Below, piece by piece: positions 7,468-10,548 of a stretch of 10,548 nucleotides of DNA (within the stretch, counting starts at the first letter, position 1; every line of letters starts with the position of its first letter). This stretch comes from Amoeboradix gromovi X-113. Lineage: Eukaryota; Fungi; Sanchytriomycota. The notes beneath the pieces were generated by a model. It had not been told where the DNA came from and did no database searches. It saw nothing but the letters and a program-made list of their open reading frames with translations. A program made the position numbers and the translations under genes. The DNA lies in assembly GCA_018985225.1 (NCBI GenBank), contig JADGIF010000343.1, forward strand, positions 1 through 10,548, read 5' to 3'.

Positions 7468-8154
7468 ATGGACATTGCAAAAAGAGCAGCATGTAAGGGA
7501 GTTGTTGATGAGATTAAGAGATCAAATCTAATAGGCATAGGATCTGGAAGCACCATAGTTTATTTATTTGAGCTGATGAGACAAGAGTTAAGTAGAGAAG
7601 AATTGATGAGTAAGATATTTGTACCAACCTCATATCAGAGCGAGTCATTAATAATTGAGAACGGGTTGACAAGAGGTACCTTGAATCAATTCCCGATACT
7701 AGATGTAGTTGTAGATGGAGCGGATGAAGTAACCGTAGACAAAACGGCAATAAAAGGTGGCGGAGGTTGTCACTATCTGGAGAAATTGGTCTATAGCGCT
7801 AGCAAAAAAAAGATCATAGTAGTTGATGATAGCAAGCTGTCTTCAAAATTGGGTGCAAAATGGAAATATGTACCCGTCGAAGTAGATATGATAGCTTTGA
7901 AGATTGTGCAAAAGTCATTGATTCAAATGGGATATAGTCCGGAACTAAGAATGTCGCGTGATAAGGCAGGCCCTGTTATTACCGACCAGGGTAATTGCAT
8001 TTTAGATTTACAATTAAATTCAGAAATTAAAAATGTGAAATCAATGTATGAAGAAATCAAACTTTTGCCTGGTGTTTTGGAAGTTGGTTTATTTTGGGGC
8101 TTTCATGTTCTATGTGTAGGCAAATCCAACTCTACGTTTGATTTGATTCAATAA
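7468..8154 (+). CDS. RKI1: Ribose-5-phosphate isomerase A (RpiA family), 228 aa
   Basis: IGIGSGST, VPTS.QS, DGADEV, IKGGGG....EK, VPVEV, eukaryote-type KAGPVITD.GN.ILD and PGVLEVGLF. Confidence 0.97.
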   Translation: MDIAKRAACKGVVDEIKRSNLIGIGSGSTIVYLFELMRQELSREELMSKIFVPTSYQSESLIIENGLTRGTLNQFPILDVVVDGADEVTVDKTAIKGGGGCHYLEKLVYSASKKKIIVVDDSKLSSKLGAKWKYVPVEVDMIALKIVQKSLIQMGYSPELRMSRDKAGPVITDQGNCILDLQLNSEIKNVKSMYEEIKLLPGVLEVGLFWGFHVLCVGKSNSTFDLIQ

Positions 8155-10300
8155 ATGTGTTCCAATTTACAAACCATTCTCTACTTCCAAATGTGTGTTT
8201 TTCAGGACACTTGCTCATTTTTATTTTTGGAACCTCGCAAGCATTCCTTATTGTGTTCTCAATCTTCTTAAAACATAGTTTAATGACATTGCTAATCGTT
8301 TTACTAGCTAACTTGTCAAACGTAACATTCCACTCTAATTCTCTGGCGTAGTCTAATAGATCTGTAGTATCGCATATTTTAGTGATAGGATACAACCCAA
8401 TTTCGATCTGCAGATGTATCTCACTTAAAAGTGAGTTATATTTTATTTTATCCACTACAGTGAAGTGCTTGAGATTTCTGCTAATTTTAAGCATCATCGC
8501 GAAGTAGGCATCACGGATGTTTGCAAGCTCGTGTTTAGTGATCACAAAGTATTTTTTATCGGTAATTACGGTGCTTTTAAACAAGTTAAGTATGTTATAA
8601 AGCAGGTCATTATCAATTAAGTCTTTTAGAACACAAGCCATATCTCTAAGCCTAATCATCTGTATATCATTTAAACTGCCATTCACTTGAACAAATTTCA
8701 ATTCATGCAATGGCAAGGGTTTAAATGACTCATCGTTGTTTCCATGATCTACTTGCATTATGCTGCATTGATCACTTGTATCCACTATCATTTCATCCAT
8801 GCTTGCATCTGCCTGAACAGCTACACAAGGATCTGCGGATAGTTGAGACTTTGAATGATTTCTAGTCAGCCTTTTTTTCCTCCACTCTAAAATTGCCAAT
8901 TCTTGTTTAATATAATTTAACTGTTCCGATTCCAATGCAGTTTCCAGCTTGGATCCATCAGAGCAATCATTTCCGTCTCTCAATTTTATCATAAGATTAC
9001 TGCGGGATTCTTTTGTTGGAAAAAGCTCATTAGGCATCATTAATTCAAACAAGGCCAATTTGGAGTCGTTATTGATTTTGCAGCATTCCAAGTATTTTCT
9101 GTAACGTTCAGTTCTATTTCCATTGACAATAAGCAACAGCTCTTGGATATTAGATGCGTATATAGGCAAATCTAAGTGATGTCTCATTAGTTCTTTGTGG
9201 TCACTAAATAAACAACATTCGAATGGTACTTGATTTAAAATGTAGTCATGCACTTGCTTATCTAATTTGTTCTTGATGTTGCGGTCCAGTAATAGCAGCT
9301 TTAAATGGGAGAACTGAACTTGAATTGGAATTTCAGACAATTTTATGAGCGATTGAATGTAGAGTTTTAATGAGTAGCACATGTAGTTGAGTTCATAAAC
9401 CCACTTCAATAAACAAGTCATAGAGTGAACATCTTTTAAACTAATTGAATCCTTAAAGTTCAAGTAATAAGGATTGGTTGATATTTTGCTGTAAGTATAG
9501 CTTGATAAAATAGGGTTACATATTAAAACCACCAAGGACTCTAGAAACAACTGCAGCTCAGTCGCGATTATGGATTTGAACAAATCGTTGCAAGAGTGAA
9601 GTTCAGATACCAGAGACAAGAGGAACGAAATATACTCTGATGTGGAGAGCACAAAGTTCATTAATTTACTAGTTGATGGTACGCTTGTACCTGATAATCG
9701 GAATTTGGACACCTGTATTTTTTTGAAGCACAAAATACACATAAAGAACTCAATAAGAATTGATTTAAACTCAGGAAAAGTGATTACGTCTATAGAAGAA
9801 TAGTGATGATATTTATACCAGTTATCGAACATGATATCACCATGCTGCGTTATAAACGGAGATATGTAGACTTGCTTACCATTTACAATCAACTCAGTTT
9901 GTAAGTTGTTGGATTTTATGACATCCAAAGATAGTTCTCCAAAGAAAGTGTTTCTATATTCAGTTTTCTCATCGTCTTTAGATGTGTCTTTTATTTTACG
10001 CGGAGTGAGAGGAATGTTCAGATATAATTCGTGCAGAATGGAACCTTCAAATGTTTTGAAGAGAGTGTTGGTGTCTACCTTGGGGGAGCTTTTAGACGAG
10101 TTCGCAGAACATTGCTCAAGTATTTCATCCTTGGTATTTTCAAATGGATATTTCGATTGCTTATTACGAAAATCCCAGTTCAAGGGCAACAGCAATAAAT
10201 CAACATTATGTACCAGGCCGATATTGCGTAGATTTGATTTAAAAGCTGGTAAATGGCCTTTCCATTTGTTTAAGACCTCTTCTGATCTGTTACTGTTCAT
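8132..10300 (-). CDS. Hypothetical, probably alpha-helical protein, 722 aa from the first ATG
   Basis: Uninterrupted 2.17-kb ORF ending in TAG. The ORF-track start at 10312 is a TTG; the first ATG is at 10300-10298 (MNSNRSEE...). No family motif recognised. Confidence 0.85.
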   Translation of the reverse strand: MNSNRSEEVLNKWKGHLPAFKSNLRNIGLVHNVDLLLLPLNWDFRNKQSKYPFENTKDEILEQCSANSSKSSPKVDTNTLFKTFEGSILHELYLNIPLTPRKIKDTSKDDEKTEYRNTFFGELSLDVIKSNNLQTELIVNGKQVYISPFITQHGDIMFDNWYKYHHYSSIDVITFPEFKSILIEFFMCILCFKKIQVSKFRLSGTSVPSTSKLMNFVLSTSEYISFLLSLVSELHSCNDLFKSIIATELQLFLESLVVLICNPILSSYTYSKISTNPYYLNFKDSISLKDVHSMTCLLKWVYELNYMCYSLKLYIQSLIKLSEIPIQVQFSHLKLLLLDRNIKNKLDKQVHDYILNQVPFECCLFSDHKELMRHHLDLPIYASNIQELLLIVNGNRTERYRKYLECCKINNDSKLALFELMMPNELFPTKESRSNLMIKLRDGNDCSDGSKLETALESEQLNYIKQELAILEWRKKRLTRNHSKSQLSADPCVAVQADASMDEMIVDTSDQCSIMQVDHGNNDESFKPLPLHELKFVQVNGSLNDIQMIRLRDMACVLKDLIDNDLLYNILNLFKSTVITDKKYFVITKHELANIRDAYFAMMLKISRNLKHFTVVDKIKYNSLLSEIHLQIEIGLYPITKICDTTDLLDYARELEWNVTFDKLASKTISNVIKLCFKKIENTIRNACEVPKIKMSKCPEKHTFGSREWFVNWNTFIESNQT

Positions 10301-10318
10301 TGTTAAATTCAAGGAGCA

Positions 10319-10360
10319 AATACTATGTGTGGGACACCAAATATAAAAACTAGACTAACT
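10319..10360 (-). mobile_element. 42-bp transposon-end (TIR-like) sequence overlapping the stop codon of the Fanzor-like frame; the element extends rightwards out of the window
   Basis: AATACTATGTGTGGGACACCAAATATAAAAACTAGACTAACT is a 37/42 inverted match to 177-218. TA at 10321-10322 lies at the outer edge. Confidence 0.6.
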
Positions 10361-10547
10361 CGTTTTTAAAGGAGGTGCTCCATACGGAGGAAATACTATC
10401 ATTAATAAAAGATCTTCTTCTATTATACCAATTTTCTTTCATTGATTGTATTCCTCTTTTTAAAATAAAAATAGAAGACCCTGCATCTCGTTCAAATATA
10501 TGAGGTCTTTGAGCATCTAAGCAAAAGGTGCATTTTCTTAGACGGTA
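10350..10547 (-). CDS. 3' end of an ORF truncated by the window edge; Fanzor/TnpB-like C-terminus (second CxxC + RuvC-III RD)
   Basis: 65 open codons: YRLRKCTFCLDAQRPHIFERDAGSSIFILKRGIQSMKENWYNRRRSFINDSISSVWSTSFKNELV*. The R..C..C...F.RD..SS..IL spacing resembles Fanzor C..C...RD.NAA.NI. It has no start inside the window and is absent from the ORF track. Confidence 0.5.
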   Translation of the reverse strand, partial: YRLRKCTFCLDAQRPHIFERDAGSSIFILKRGIQSMKENWYNRRRSFINDSISSVWSTSFKNELV

Positions 10548-10548
10548 C

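Noticed and set aside
571-10346. Short ORF-track entries (571-795, 2488-2682, 2661-2855, 3384-3632, 3407-3604, 4111-4344, 4756-4938, 5239-5664, 5256-5480, 5968-6390, 6446-6703, 7292-7492, 7514-7750, 8157-8351, 9906-10346)
   Set aside because: They are mostly antisense or overlapping shadows of real genes, often with non-ATG starts, and have no recognisable motifs.
177-10360. One 10-kb composite transposon carrying SMC3, MDM10 and RKI1
   Set aside because: There is no target-site duplication outside the repeats and no transposase inside. The TA-bearing ends face the gene block, which favours two outward-extending elements.

Overview
AT-rich, gene-dense eukaryotic DNA with no evident introns, most likely from an early-diverging (zoosporic-type) fungus; the taxon is inferred from MDM10, compact spacing and a cilia-like coiled-coil gene. 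Recognisable host genes are MDM10 (2587-3525, -), cohesin SMC3 (3629-6715, +) and ribose-5-phosphate isomerase RKI1 (7468-8154, +). Three further ORFs have no firm function (623-1423 -, 1742-2335 +, 8132-10300 -). The intergenic DNA, which the ORF track does not explain, carries traces of Fanzor/TnpB (eukaryotic OMEGA RNA-guided nuclease) elements. First, between SMC3 and RKI1 lie two tandem, decayed copies of the zinc-finger + RuvC-III C-terminus, followed by a run of hairpins where an omega-RNA would be expected. Second, an open CxxC...RD frame enters from the right edge and ends in a hairpin and a 42-bp TIR-like sequence. Third, an inverted copy of that 42-bp sequence (37/42 identical) sits at the left edge. 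SMC3 is short and naturally carries KR in place of the Eco1-acetylated KK. All family assignments come from motif recognition by eye; no database search was run.
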